The notes beneath the pieces were generated by a model, which did no database searches, was not told where the DNA came from, and worked only from the letters and a program-made list of their open reading frames with translations. Shown one piece after another: positions 1 through 9,865 of a DNA stretch of 64,000 nt. The translations under genes were made by a program, and so were the position numbers. The stretch's first letter is position 1, and every line of letters begins with the position of its first letter. The stretch is from sequence record SRR20825019_2407; one strand, 5' to 3'.

Positions 1-273
1 CAGCAGCGCTATAACTTCCAGTTTGGCGGTCAGCTCTTCTATGAAATCAAGGACGGCAAGATCGTCGATCAGATTGAAGACGTTGCTTACCAGTCCAACA
101 CACAGGAGTTCTGGAACAGCTGTGTCGCCATGGCTGGCAAGTCTGACTATCGCATCGGTGGTTCCTTCTTCGATGGTAAGGGTCAACCTTCACAGGTAAG
201 TGCCGTTTCACACGGCTGCCCGACCACGCGCTTTAACAACATCAACGTCATCAACACGGCCCGTAAGGTCTGA
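1..273 (+). CDS. tldD: TldD family metalloprotease, C-terminal fragment (truncated by window start)
   Basis: Frame 1 is open from base 1 to TGA at 271-273: QQRYNFQFGGQLFYEIKDGK...GGSFFDGKGQPSQVSAVSHGCPTTRFNNINV, a typical TldD C-terminus. It precedes a tldE-like gene and is absent from the ORF track. Confidence 0.88.
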   Translation, partial: QQRYNFQFGGQLFYEIKDGKIVDQIEDVAYQSNTQEFWNSCVAMAGKSDYRIGGSFFDGKGQPSQVSAVSHGCPTTRFNNINVINTARKV

Positions 274-313
274 TGAGCGATTTGGCGAAACAAGGAATCA
301 TTGAGGTACGAAC

Positions 314-1675
314 ATGGCTATTATGACACAAAGCGAAGCCAAAGCGCTGATGACCAGGGTTATTGGCTTCTCCAAGGCAGAATCAATCGAATGTAACCTG
401 AACGGCGAAGTGAGCGGCAACATCCGTACCGCGCGCAACACCGTCAGCACCGCAGGCGAACTCAGAGACATTATCCTGACGGTACAAAGCACCTTCGGGC
501 AGAAAACCGGCGTCGCAACCACCAACGAGTTCACGGACGAAGCGCTTGAAAGCGTTGTAAGCCGTTCGGAAGAACTGGCGAAACTCGCGCCCGACAACCC
601 TGAGTTCATGCCGATCCTCGGCCCTCAGGACTATATCGACGTTAACACGCACTTCCAGGCAACAACGGATGTGAACCCGGCGTGGCGAGCGGACGCAGCA
701 GATGCCTGTATCTCTGTCTCGAAAGAGCAGAATCTGGTGTCCTCCGGCTTCCTGAACGACAGCGATACCTTCGCGGCGATCATGAACAGCAAGGGCCTGT
801 TTGCCTATAACCGGTCAACGGATATCAACTTCTCAGCCACCATCCGTACAGAAGACGGCAAGGGTTCAGGCTGGGTGTACCGTGACTTCCACGATGCATC
901 CAAAATGGACACACGCGAAGCGTCCCGTATCGCAGCCCAGAAGGCTGTATCAAGCGCGGACGGTAAAGCCATGGAGCCGGGCAAATACACGGTAATCATG
1001 GAACCGGCGGCAACAGTTCAGTTGCTTCTCAACATGTTCAATAACATGGGCCAGCGTACAGCGGATGAAGGCCGCAGCTTCCTCAGCAACAAGTCCGAGG
1101 AAGAAGGTGCACCGAAAAACCGCCTGGGCGAGAAGATGTTTGACGAGCGTGTAACGATCTATACCGATCCGCAAAGCCCGGATGCCCCCACCCCGCCGTT
1201 TGCGGGCGACGGCGCGGCATGCCAGCGCACGGACTGGATCAAGAACGGTGTTGTTACCAACATGCCGAACAGCCGGTACTGGGCCGAAAAAACCGGCGTG
1301 CCTTATGTGCCAACCCCCTTTGCAGGCAACGGCCTTTTTGGCGGTAACACATCCATCATCATGGAAGGCGGCGACGAAAGCCTTGAGGACATGATCAAGA
1401 ACACCCGGCGCGGTGTGCTTGTCACCCGCCTCTGGTACATTCGCCAGCTTGACCCGCAATCCCTGATGTACACAGGCCTGACACGGGACGGGACTTTCTA
1501 CATTGAAGACGGTGAGATCAAATATCCGATCAAGAACTTCCGCTTCAACGAAAGCCCGATCATCATGCTCAACAACCTTGAGGCGCTTGGCAAACCCCAG
1601 CGTATTCAGGGCTGCATGATCCCGCCGATGAAAATCCGCGACTTCACCTTCAGCAGCCTCTCGGACGCTGTTTAA
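314..1675 (+). CDS. TldE/PmbA family protein
   Basis: 453 aa with PGKYTVIMEP and TGLTRDGTFYIEDGEIKYPIKNFRFNES, typical of TldD/PmbA. No HExxxH seen, so this is the TldE-like subunit. GAGG RBS upstream. Confidence 0.88.
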   Translation: MAIMTQSEAKALMTRVIGFSKAESIECNLNGEVSGNIRTARNTVSTAGELRDIILTVQSTFGQKTGVATTNEFTDEALESVVSRSEELAKLAPDNPEFMPILGPQDYIDVNTHFQATTDVNPAWRADAADACISVSKEQNLVSSGFLNDSDTFAAIMNSKGLFAYNRSTDINFSATIRTEDGKGSGWVYRDFHDASKMDTREASRIAAQKAVSSADGKAMEPGKYTVIMEPAATVQLLLNMFNNMGQRTADEGRSFLSNKSEEEGAPKNRLGEKMFDERVTIYTDPQSPDAPTPPFAGDGAACQRTDWIKNGVVTNMPNSRYWAEKTGVPYVPTPFAGNGLFGGNTSIIMEGGDESLEDMIKNTRRGVLVTRLWYIRQLDPQSLMYTGLTRDGTFYIEDGEIKYPIKNFRFNESPIIMLNNLEALGKPQRIQGCMIPPMKIRDFTFSSLSDAV

Positions 1676-1700
1676 GGGGAGCCGATAACACCTTGGGTTT

Positions 1701-1724
1701 GGGGGCGAGCACCTGCCCGCCCCC
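1701..1724 (+). other. GC-rich intra-operon stem-loop
   Basis: GGGGGCGAGC-acct-GCCCGCCCCC between tldE and DUF4159, with no U tract. Confidence 0.4.
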
Positions 1725-1745
1725 TCATCCCGGCGAGACACCATC

Positions 1746-2477
1746 ATGCATCGTAGAAATTTTATAAAGTCGCTAGGCTCGCTTGGGCTTTTGGGGACAC
1801 TGGGGAGCCTGTTGCCTGACGCCCGCGCAAATGCGGCGCCAGAGGCAAGCAGTGTGCCCAATGATTATGACTTCTATTTCACCCGGCTCAGTTACGAATC
1901 CGGTGACTGGGAGGTGGATGAACGCGCGCCTGCCAACATCCTCAATTCGCTCATTGAATATACCACCATCAGGGTAGACCTGCGCGAGCGTATCGTAGCG
2001 CTTGAAGACCCGGCGATGCTGACAGCGCCCTTCTGTTATATGGCGGGGCACCGGCTGGTAGAGTTCAACCATTCTGAACGGCAGAACTTTGAGACATACG
2101 TGAGAAACGGCGGTTTTGTGTTTGTGGACGACTGCAACCACGATATCGACGGCCTTTTTGCCCGTACGTTTGAAAGCCAGATGGAGGAAATTTTCGGGGC
2201 TGAGGCGCTCAAGAAAATCCCCAATGACCACCCGATCTATTCATCCTTTTTCAAGTTTAACGGCCCACCCAGCACCGGGCTGGAGTTGAACGGCTGGGGT
2301 GACGATCTGGTGCATGACTACTTAAAAGCAATCGAGATCAACGGCCGGATCGCTGTGCTCTACAGCAACAAGGATTACGGCTGCGAATGGGACTATGACT
2401 TCAGGAACAAAAGATGGCTGACGGTCGACAACACCCGCTTTGCGGTCAATATCGTCGTTTACGCCATGACGGCCTGA
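1746..2477 (+). CDS. DUF4159 domain protein with twin-arginine (Tat) signal peptide
   Basis: N-terminus MHRRNFIKSLG...ARANA. Motifs FTRLSYESGDW, YVRNGGFVFVDDCNHD, NKDYGCEWD. Confidence 0.85.
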   Translation: MHRRNFIKSLGSLGLLGTLGSLLPDARANAAPEASSVPNDYDFYFTRLSYESGDWEVDERAPANILNSLIEYTTIRVDLRERIVALEDPAMLTAPFCYMAGHRLVEFNHSERQNFETYVRNGGFVFVDDCNHDIDGLFARTFESQMEEIFGAEALKKIPNDHPIYSSFFKFNGPPSTGLELNGWGDDLVHDYLKAIEINGRIAVLYSNKDYGCEWDYDFRNKRWLTVDNTRFAVNIVVYAMTA

Positions 2478-2506
2478 GAGCCAAAACACACGACAGGTGA
2501 AGAACC

Positions 2507-3502
2507 ATGGATGAAGTGCATTTAAAATCGACAATTGGAAAACTGGACGATGTGATCGATGAGGTTGGCAAGGTTATTGTCGGCCAGCGCGATATCATTG
2601 AAGAGCTTCTCATCAGCATATTGGCTGGCGGCCACTGCCTGCTAGAGGGCGTGCCGGGGCTTGCCAAAACCCTGATGGTGAGCACGCTTTCAAAAACGCT
2701 GGAACTTGATTTCCACCGCGTGCAGTTCACGCCAGACCTGATGCCGTCTGACATTATCGGCACCGAAATTCTGGAAGAAGACCATTCAACCGGCAAACGT
2801 TTCTTCAAGTTTCGCAAGGGTCCAGTGTTCACCAACATCATGCTGGCGGATGAGATCAACCGCACACCACCCAAAACACAAGCCGCGCTTCTTGAAGCCA
2901 TGCAGGAACATAGCGTGAGTTACGGCGGGGAACGCTACGAGCTGCCCAAACCCTTCTTTGTGCTCGCCACCCAAAACCCGGTTGAGCAGGCAGGCACCTA
3001 TCCTCTGCCCGAAGCCCAGCTTGACCGTTTCCTCATGTTCATCCGCGTGGGTTACCCGACAGAAGCGGATGAAGTTGAAATTCTCAACCGCACCACAGGC
3101 TCCTACAGGGCTGACCTCAATAGGGTGATGGGCGCGGAAGATATCGTGGCGCTGCAATCCTTCGTGACCTCGGTGGAGATTTCAGAACCTATTCTCAACT
3201 ATGTCGCACAGATCGTGCGCGCCACCCGCCCGGCAGACAGCCCGGTTGAACTGGTAAAAAAATACGTACGCTGGGGCGCAGGCCCACGCGCAGGCCAGGC
3301 GCTGGTGCGCTGCGCCAAGGCAAAAGCGCTGATCTCAGGCCGCTTTGCCGTCACGCTGGACGATATCCGTTTTGTGGCCAAGGCCGTGCTGCGCCACCGC
3401 ATTCTCCTGAGCTTCCAGGCGGAGGCCGAGGAAATCGAGATCGAAGAGGTCATCGCGGCGCTTTTCAAGGGTGTGCCTGAACCCAAAAGCCCGATCGCTT
3501 AA
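2507..3502 (+). CDS. MoxR family AAA+ ATPase
   Basis: GHCLLEGVPGLAKT (Walker A), RVQFTPDLMPSD, LADEINR (Walker B), ATQNPVEQAGTYPLPEAQLDRF. Confidence 0.95.
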   Translation: MDEVHLKSTIGKLDDVIDEVGKVIVGQRDIIEELLISILAGGHCLLEGVPGLAKTLMVSTLSKTLELDFHRVQFTPDLMPSDIIGTEILEEDHSTGKRFFKFRKGPVFTNIMLADEINRTPPKTQAALLEAMQEHSVSYGGERYELPKPFFVLATQNPVEQAGTYPLPEAQLDRFLMFIRVGYPTEADEVEILNRTTGSYRADLNRVMGAEDIVALQSFVTSVEISEPILNYVAQIVRATRPADSPVELVKKYVRWGAGPRAGQALVRCAKAKALISGRFAVTLDDIRFVAKAVLRHRILLSFQAEAEEIEIEEVIAALFKGVPEPKSPIA

Positions 3503-3520
3503 GGACGAGCCGCCCGCGCC

Positions 3521-4429
3521 ATGGAACAGTTCATTGATCCCAAAACACTTGCTCGCGTGAAAGACATGCCGCTGATCGCCAAGACGGTCGCGGATGGCTT
3601 CCTGCACGGCTTGCATCAAAGCCGACAGCGCGGCGTGGGCATTGAGTTCAGCCAATACAGGCCCTATGGCGACGGCGACGACCTGAGCCGGATCGACTGG
3701 AAACTTTTCGCGCGCTCTGACCGCTATTTTGTGCGTGAGGCCGAGCGTGAAAGCGAAGTGACCGTATGGTTTGTGCTGGATGCCAGCGCGTCCATGGCGA
3801 TCGCAAGCAATGCCACCAAAGGCGACAAACCGGCATGGACCAAACTTGCCTATGCCGCCCATCTTGTTGCCGTGTTGTCTTACCTCGCCTACCGGCAAGG
3901 GGACCGTATCGGCTTTATGGCGCTTTCAAGCGACAGGCAGCATATCGTGCCGCTGGGTAGCGGGGAGCAGCATTGGTCCACCATCCTGCTTGAGCTCGCG
4001 CGGGTAAAACCCGGCGCTGTTTTCCCCGGCAAGGCGATGGTCAGCACGCTTTTACGAAGCCTGCAACAGCCAGGCATGATCATCATGATCAGCGACTTTT
4101 TTGAGCGTAGCGATGAGCTTCTTGGCTTCACCCAGTCGCTTGCGGGCAGCAAAACCGAAGTGTCTGCCATTCAGCTTAAAACAGGCGATGAACTGGCGTT
4201 CCCCTACACGGGCGCCGTGCGGTTTGAAGATGCAGAAAGCGGGGAGCAGGTGCTTGTTTCTGCGCGCAATGCCAAACAGTTTTACCTTGATGCCCACGCT
4301 GAATTTCAGGCGAACCTTGAGGCCACGCTTCTCCGCCAATCCGCCGACCTGACCAGCATCAACATTGATGAGCCGATGGATCAGGCCATGTATGATTTCC
4401 TCAAGAACCGCGGAAAGGTCGTGCGCTAA
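3521..4429 (+). CDS. DUF58 domain protein (MoxR-associated, VWA-like)
   Basis: GIEFSQYRPYGDGDDLSRIDWK, MIDAS-like DASASM, ISDF. Confidence 0.92.
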   Translation: MEQFIDPKTLARVKDMPLIAKTVADGFLHGLHQSRQRGVGIEFSQYRPYGDGDDLSRIDWKLFARSDRYFVREAERESEVTVWFVLDASASMAIASNATKGDKPAWTKLAYAAHLVAVLSYLAYRQGDRIGFMALSSDRQHIVPLGSGEQHWSTILLELARVKPGAVFPGKAMVSTLLRSLQQPGMIIMISDFFERSDELLGFTQSLAGSKTEVSAIQLKTGDELAFPYTGAVRFEDAESGEQVLVSARNAKQFYLDAHAEFQANLEATLLRQSADLTSINIDEPMDQAMYDFLKNRGKVVR

Positions 4430-4430
4430 C

Positions 4431-5747
4431 ATGGTCACTGCCTTCAGCGATTTCAGCTTCCTCAATCCGGGTGCAGGCCTTGCGTTCCTCGCGCTCCTCA
4501 TCCCCATTCTCATCCACCTTTTCAACCGCAGCCCGGGGCTTCGGGTGGTGGTGGGCTCCATTGAACTGATCAAACGCGCAAAAGCCCGGCGGGTGACCGA
4601 GATCAAGCTGATGCAGTATATCCTGCTGCTCATCCGGCTTGTCATCTTCAGCCTACTGGCGCTTATCCTGATGGGCCTTGCCTCCCGCGCGTTTTTCACC
4701 GCACCCGACAACACAGCCTATGTGAGCCCGGCATGGATCGCGGCGGCGAGTGCGGATGAAATAGCCGCACTGCAAAATGAGCACACCAGCGGCGACATCT
4801 TTCTGCTTGATGAAGAACTGTCCCCCCTCACTGACACTGCGATCAAGGCCATCAAATCAGAGGGCACCTTGAGCCAGCTAACAGGGCAAAGCGGTGCAAC
4901 CCTTCTGGCGGCGCTCACCGAGATCAAGCACAGCGCAAACACCCATGTTTATGTCACAGACCTGAGCGGTGAATACGCGGGCGAAGCGCCGGGTGATTGG
5001 CCGCTTGTCTGGCACGTCAAGGAGAGTGCCCAGCAGAGCGCCCAGGAAAGTGCAAAGCCACCTGCGGTCCCCAAAGTACCGCTCGCGCTCACCGTGTTCT
5101 CAAGCCCCGCCCGTTTGGCAGACGCGGCGCTTATTGAACGCGCTGTGCTTGCCCTCAACCGCCACCGCAATGTGGATATCCGCCTGAACCTCGCTTCAAG
5201 TGATGCGGCAACTGCTAATGATATCGAAGACGCGGATTGGGGCATATGGCTGAGCCCTGACCCACTGCCGGAGGCACTACTGAGCGGTACGCGCTCAACA
5301 CGTTTCATCAGCCTTGGTGCGGCGCGCCCTACCGGGCTGACCCGTGGCCGGGCCGATATATACCCCTTTACGCAAATTGAAACCCGCCGCCTTGCACCAC
5401 GCACGGACGGTGATGAGGTTTTGTGGATGACAGACGCGGGCCAAGCTCTGCTCAGCCGCAGCGTCAACTCCGGCAGCGAGGTTTACCATCTGCTTACAAG
5501 CCTTGAAGGCTCAACCCTCGGCACCGCACCGGGCTTCGCAGACCTGTTGCTTGAGTTGTTGACCAGCCCTTCCGGCTTCGATCGTGGTTTCAGGCACGCG
5601 CCCGTCATCATTGCCCGCAACGGGACAGCCGAAAGCCCCACCTTTACCTACCCTCAGGTGCCACGCGCCAACTGGCTTGTGCTGATGCTTGTCATCTTCT
5701 GGGTGCTTGAGCGCTGGCTCAGCGAAAGGGCTGGCCGTGACGCATAA
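4431..5747 (+). CDS. BatA N-terminal domain membrane protein
   Basis: FLNP...LLIPILIHLFNR...LLLIRL double-TM BatA motif and a C-terminal TM ending LERWLSER. ATG at 4431 lies directly after the DUF58 stop. Confidence 0.85.
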   Translation: MVTAFSDFSFLNPGAGLAFLALLIPILIHLFNRSPGLRVVVGSIELIKRAKARRVTEIKLMQYILLLIRLVIFSLLALILMGLASRAFFTAPDNTAYVSPAWIAAASADEIAALQNEHTSGDIFLLDEELSPLTDTAIKAIKSEGTLSQLTGQSGATLLAALTEIKHSANTHVYVTDLSGEYAGEAPGDWPLVWHVKESAQQSAQESAKPPAVPKVPLALTVFSSPARLADAALIERAVLALNRHRNVDIRLNLASSDAATANDIEDADWGIWLSPDPLPEALLSGTRSTRFISLGAARPTGLTRGRADIYPFTQIETRRLAPRTDGDEVLWMTDAGQALLSRSVNSGSEVYHLLTSLEGSTLGTAPGFADLLLELLTSPSGFDRGFRHAPVIIARNGTAESPTFTYPQVPRANWLVLMLVIFWVLERWLSERAGRDA

Positions 5748-7989
5748 ACAAGATACATCCCTGTTCGCATCCCCGCTCACGCTGCTGCGCCGCCGCGCGC
5801 TCATGCGCCGTGTGACGACAGTGTTGCCGCTCGCACTCGCGGTCGCCTTTACACTCAATTGGTTTTTGGTGCCTTTTGGGGTTTCAGTCGGTATCTCACT
5901 CACTGTGTTCGCGCTTGGCACTGGCCAGTTGTGGCTCAGCAAAAGCTATCAGCACATCACTGTGGAAAACTTCCTCCTCCACCTCAACCGGGCAGATGAA
6001 GGGTTTGAAGAAAGCGCACAGCTTATCGCGCGGGAGAGCGCGGGGCTTGATGCGCTGCAACGCCTGCAACAGGAAAAGGTGCAGGCACACTATGATAGCC
6101 TGATTGCCGACCCTGCCCGCTGGTTGCCTGCACGCGAGACAAAAACCATCAAGCTCGCAAGCCTGATGTGCGTGGCGGCGCTGGTCCTCAACCTGCTGCC
6201 GTCCCCCAGCTGGACAGGCACCACACCACCCTCAACCGAAGGCACGACCGGGCCAAATGCACCCGCACCTGCGGCGGTCGCCTCCGCCCGCGTTAGCGTC
6301 ACCCCGCCTGATTATACGGGCCTGCCGGTAACGGATAGCACGGACCTTAACGTTAGCGCGCTTGAGGGTGCGCGCATCACATGGCAACTGCGCTTCACGC
6401 GCAGCGATGGCCGCTTTGAAATTCGCATGCGGGACGGCACCACCGCGCCCTTCACCCGACAGGAAAACGGCGAATATACCGCCAGCATGATGGCCGCCAA
6501 CACCGGCCTATACCGTATCGTGCATATCCTTGATAATGAGGCCGCGCCGCTTGAGGATATCTATACCCTGACGGCCGAGAAGGACCGCGCACCCCAGATC
6601 AGGGTGCTGGAACCTAAAACCACGACGCTTGAAATCCCGCGCAAAGGCCCGGCTGAATTTCCGTCCACCGCCTTGATCACCGATGATTATGGCATTGGGG
6701 AAGTTTTCATTCGCGCATCCGTCGCTAAGGGCACGGGGGAGGCAGTGAAGTTCCGCGACGAAATTTTCACCTTTGACCGGCAAGAGCCGTCCGCGCAGGG
6801 CACGCTTTTCCACAAGGATTGGGACCTGCCCGCTCTTGGCATGGAACCGGGGGATGAAATTTATTTCACCGTCATCGCGCTTGATAACAAAACCCCGGAT
6901 GCCAACGAGGGCAAATCCGCCACCGTGATCGTGCGCTGGCTTGATGAAGTGGAACGCGAGATCGCCGCCGAGGGTATCGTCAGCAATTTTGTGCCGGAAT
7001 ATTTCAAAAGCCAACGCCAGATCATCATTGAGACCGAACAACTGATTGCGGACAAACCCGTTCTTGAAAAACAGGTGTTCGCAGACACATCCTACAGCCT
7101 TGGTTATGCGCAGAACGACCTAAAACAGCGCTACGGCCAGTATCTTGGTGACGAGTTTGGCGAAGGCCCCGGTGACCAGTTGAACGACAGCGGCGCGGGC
7201 ACCGAGCCAGAGCATCATGATGATGACGAAGAGGAAGAGCATCATGAAGACCGTGAGCGGCCCGAGATTGGTCACGACCATGGCAACGAGGCCCCTTCCA
7301 CGGACAAGACCGGCGCGTCTGAGCTGATCGCGCGTTTCGGGCACGCCCATGAAGACGCCGACATCGGCCCGATTTCAAAACGTGACCCAAAAACGCTGAT
7401 GAAAAAAGCGGTGAGCATCATGTGGCAGGCAGAGCTGCATCTGATGCTGGCGGAGCCTGAGAAAGCCCTGCCGTTTGAATATGAGGCGCTGAAATACCTC
7501 AAGCTCGCCAAACAGGCTGACCGCATTTATGTGAAACGCCTTGGTTTTGAGCCACCGCCGGTGTCTGAAGATCGCCGCCTTGACGGTGAGCTGGACGAAA
7601 TTGAAAACATTGACAGCGGCATCAAACCCGGCCTTGAAACCGTGGCGGATGAACGGCTGGTGGCCGCTGTCTACTCCCTGCTGTCAACCAAAAGCGCGGG
7701 CCTTGACCTGACAGCCGAGGAACGTGATCTTTTGAGTGATTTGAGCGCGCATTTGATGGCCCTGTCCGCAGACCGGCCCGCCATGATCACCTATGCCGCA
7801 ACGGTTGAAAAAATGCTGATCAGCGGCTCGCTCACGCTGCCTGAATGTGAGGGCTGCACCATGAAGCTTGGCCAGGCGCTATGGGCCATGCTGCCAAGCG
7901 TGACAGCACCCCCACGTGGCCGGGACGGTTTTGTGCTCTTTAAGGACCCGCTTGCTGTAGACATGACGGAAGAAGGGGAGCAGCCATAA
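5737..7989 (+). CDS. Membrane-anchored protein with Ig-like region and His/acidic-rich helical C-terminus (DUF4175-like)
   Basis: N-terminal TMs, VTPPDYTG, DRAPQIRV, DDYG, SQRQIII, HHDDDEEEEHHED. GTG start at 5737 overlaps the upstream gene (ORF track start 5689). Confidence 0.7.
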   Translation: MTHKQDTSLFASPLTLLRRRALMRRVTTVLPLALAVAFTLNWFLVPFGVSVGISLTVFALGTGQLWLSKSYQHITVENFLLHLNRADEGFEESAQLIARESAGLDALQRLQQEKVQAHYDSLIADPARWLPARETKTIKLASLMCVAALVLNLLPSPSWTGTTPPSTEGTTGPNAPAPAAVASARVSVTPPDYTGLPVTDSTDLNVSALEGARITWQLRFTRSDGRFEIRMRDGTTAPFTRQENGEYTASMMAANTGLYRIVHILDNEAAPLEDIYTLTAEKDRAPQIRVLEPKTTTLEIPRKGPAEFPSTALITDDYGIGEVFIRASVAKGTGEAVKFRDEIFTFDRQEPSAQGTLFHKDWDLPALGMEPGDEIYFTVIALDNKTPDANEGKSATVIVRWLDEVEREIAAEGIVSNFVPEYFKSQRQIIIETEQLIADKPVLEKQVFADTSYSLGYAQNDLKQRYGQYLGDEFGEGPGDQLNDSGAGTEPEHHDDDEEEEHHEDRERPEIGHDHGNEAPSTDKTGASELIARFGHAHEDADIGPISKRDPKTLMKKAVSIMWQAELHLMLAEPEKALPFEYEALKYLKLAKQADRIYVKRLGFEPPPVSEDRRLDGELDEIENIDSGIKPGLETVADERLVAAVYSLLSTKSAGLDLTAEERDLLSDLSAHLMALSADRPAMITYAATVEKMLISGSLTLPECEGCTMKLGQALWAMLPSVTAPPRGRDGFVLFKDPLAVDMTEEGEQP

Positions 7990-9848
7990 TGTTTGCTGAT
8001 TGGGTATTCACATCGCCGTCCCTTCTTGTTGTTGCAGCCATTCTTGTGCTGGCCGCGTCTTGCGCCATGACCCTGCGCGCAGCACGGAAGCGCATCACCG
8101 CATCACCGCGCTGGTGGGTGGTTGTCATGCTCAACCTCGCGGCATACGGGGTTATTGTTCTGCTCCTTTGGCAGCCCATGAAACCGCGCGAGGTCACGGG
8201 TACGGTCACGCTGGTCACCGACAAGGGTTTTGAGGCCGACAATGCCTACGCGGGGCCCGGCGTGCTGGCGGGTGCTGACGATGCAATTGGCCTGACCCCG
8301 CTGCCGAGCGTTGCGGTTTTGCCCCAACGCGAACCGGATATGGCCATGCTGACTGTGAAAGGCCATGGGCTTTCAGACGCTGACCTTGCTGCCCTGCCCG
8401 ACGATATTGTGATCAATTGGCAAGCACCCACGCTCACAGGCATTATGGGCGCACGCTGGCGCAAATCGCTGCCACTTGGTGAAGAGCTTGTTGTCAGCGC
8501 TGAATACCATGCCCCTTTGGGCAAGGAAGGCGAGATTTTCACCGCTGGGCTTAAAGACCCTGCGGGCAATACGGTAGCAGAGGCGCGGCTGAAAAGCGGT
8601 GACCGTTTTGTGCTACGGGCGACACCAAAGCTATCCGGGCCGCTGATGTATTCGCTCACGCTTTCTGACCGGTTGGGCACGCCCATGCAGGCGGAGAACA
8701 TCCCGGTCTCTGTGCAGATGCCCGCACCGATTAATATGCTGGTGGTGCAGTCTGCACCGTCTTTTGAAGCACGGCATCTTCTTGAGTGGGCCGCCCGGTT
8801 TGACGCAAAGCTTGCGGTGCATACCCGCATGAGCAAGGACCGCTATATCCGGCAGGCCAGCGACGGGGCGGAGGACACCGGCCTGCCGCCGCTTGCGCAA
8901 AGCTCGCTGGACGCGGCTGATTTCCTGCTGATGGATGGACGGTCGCTCATGCTGATGAACGCAGGCGAGCGCAACGTGCTCCAGCAAGCTATCAAAGGCG
9001 GCCTTGGTGTGCTGGTGTTAGCCGATAGCGCGCTTCTAGGCGCCCTTGATGATTTTGAGTTTAGTCCGTTTGAGGGTTTTAGTGCTGCACCGATTGCGGG
9101 CCAGATCACCAGCGCTGTACCCGTTTGGGCTGGTGGCAGCAACGAGGTGGCATTGCCTATCCTGCCCATGCAGTTGATGCACAGTGAGGCCGACGTGCTG
9201 GTGCGGGCAGCATCGGGGCGCGCGCTCAATCTGGCAACCAGCTTTGGGCTTGGTAAAATCGCGCTTACCACGCTACGAGACCGGCATGTGTGGACCACAA
9301 GCGGCGACAGCACCACCTTCGCCAACTACTGGACATTTATACTCTCCAACATCGCGCGGCAAACCCGTGACCAGATGCTGTTGCCGCAAGCTGATGGCAC
9401 GCTCGCACGCGTGCATGAAATGATCCCCCTGTGCCTCGCTTCACAAGACGAGAACACGGGCCTCAAAATACGGGCCATGACGGGGGACTTTTTACGCCAC
9501 ACTCGCGCCACACAAACCAGCACACTTTCGCCATACCACTGTAGCTTTTTCCAGAGCGAGACCCCCGGTTGGTATGAAATATCGCTGGAAAATTTGGCTA
9601 ATTCTACGGACGAGCCTGCCATTCACACCACAGATAAGAGCTATATTTATATCCATGAGCGTGACGAGTGGCGCACGGAGGACCAGTTTACTCGCCAAAC
9701 TGCTACCAATCGCTATCTGGCACTTCACCGGAACACGGCGGAACAGGCGCCCCGACAGCTGCTCCAGAAGGCCATTCCAACCTTCTGGCTTTGGTTATTG
9801 CTCGTGGTCTCCGCGAGCCTTCTGTGGCTTGAACGAAAGCTGGATTAG
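7989..9848 (+). CDS. Hypothetical membrane protein of the MoxR/BatA cluster (possible GATase1-like domain)
   Basis: Two N-terminal TMs, APSFEARHL, GGLGVLV and a C-terminal TM ending WLERK. TAATG start/stop overlap with the upstream gene. Confidence 0.7.
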   Translation: MFADWVFTSPSLLVVAAILVLAASCAMTLRAARKRITASPRWWVVVMLNLAAYGVIVLLLWQPMKPREVTGTVTLVTDKGFEADNAYAGPGVLAGADDAIGLTPLPSVAVLPQREPDMAMLTVKGHGLSDADLAALPDDIVINWQAPTLTGIMGARWRKSLPLGEELVVSAEYHAPLGKEGEIFTAGLKDPAGNTVAEARLKSGDRFVLRATPKLSGPLMYSLTLSDRLGTPMQAENIPVSVQMPAPINMLVVQSAPSFEARHLLEWAARFDAKLAVHTRMSKDRYIRQASDGAEDTGLPPLAQSSLDAADFLLMDGRSLMLMNAGERNVLQQAIKGGLGVLVLADSALLGALDDFEFSPFEGFSAAPIAGQITSAVPVWAGGSNEVALPILPMQLMHSEADVLVRAASGRALNLATSFGLGKIALTTLRDRHVWTTSGDSTTFANYWTFILSNIARQTRDQMLLPQADGTLARVHEMIPLCLASQDENTGLKIRAMTGDFLRHTRATQTSTLSPYHCSFFQSETPGWYEISLENLANSTDEPAIHTTDKSYIYIHERDEWRTEDQFTRQTATNRYLALHRNTAEQAPRQLLQKAIPTFWLWLLLVVSASLLWLERKLD

Positions 9849-9865
9849 CCTGCCAGAACCGGCCC

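Noticed and set aside
5022-5054. Short imperfect repeat encoding ESAQQSAQESA
   Set aside because: Low-complexity linker within a CDS, not an array.
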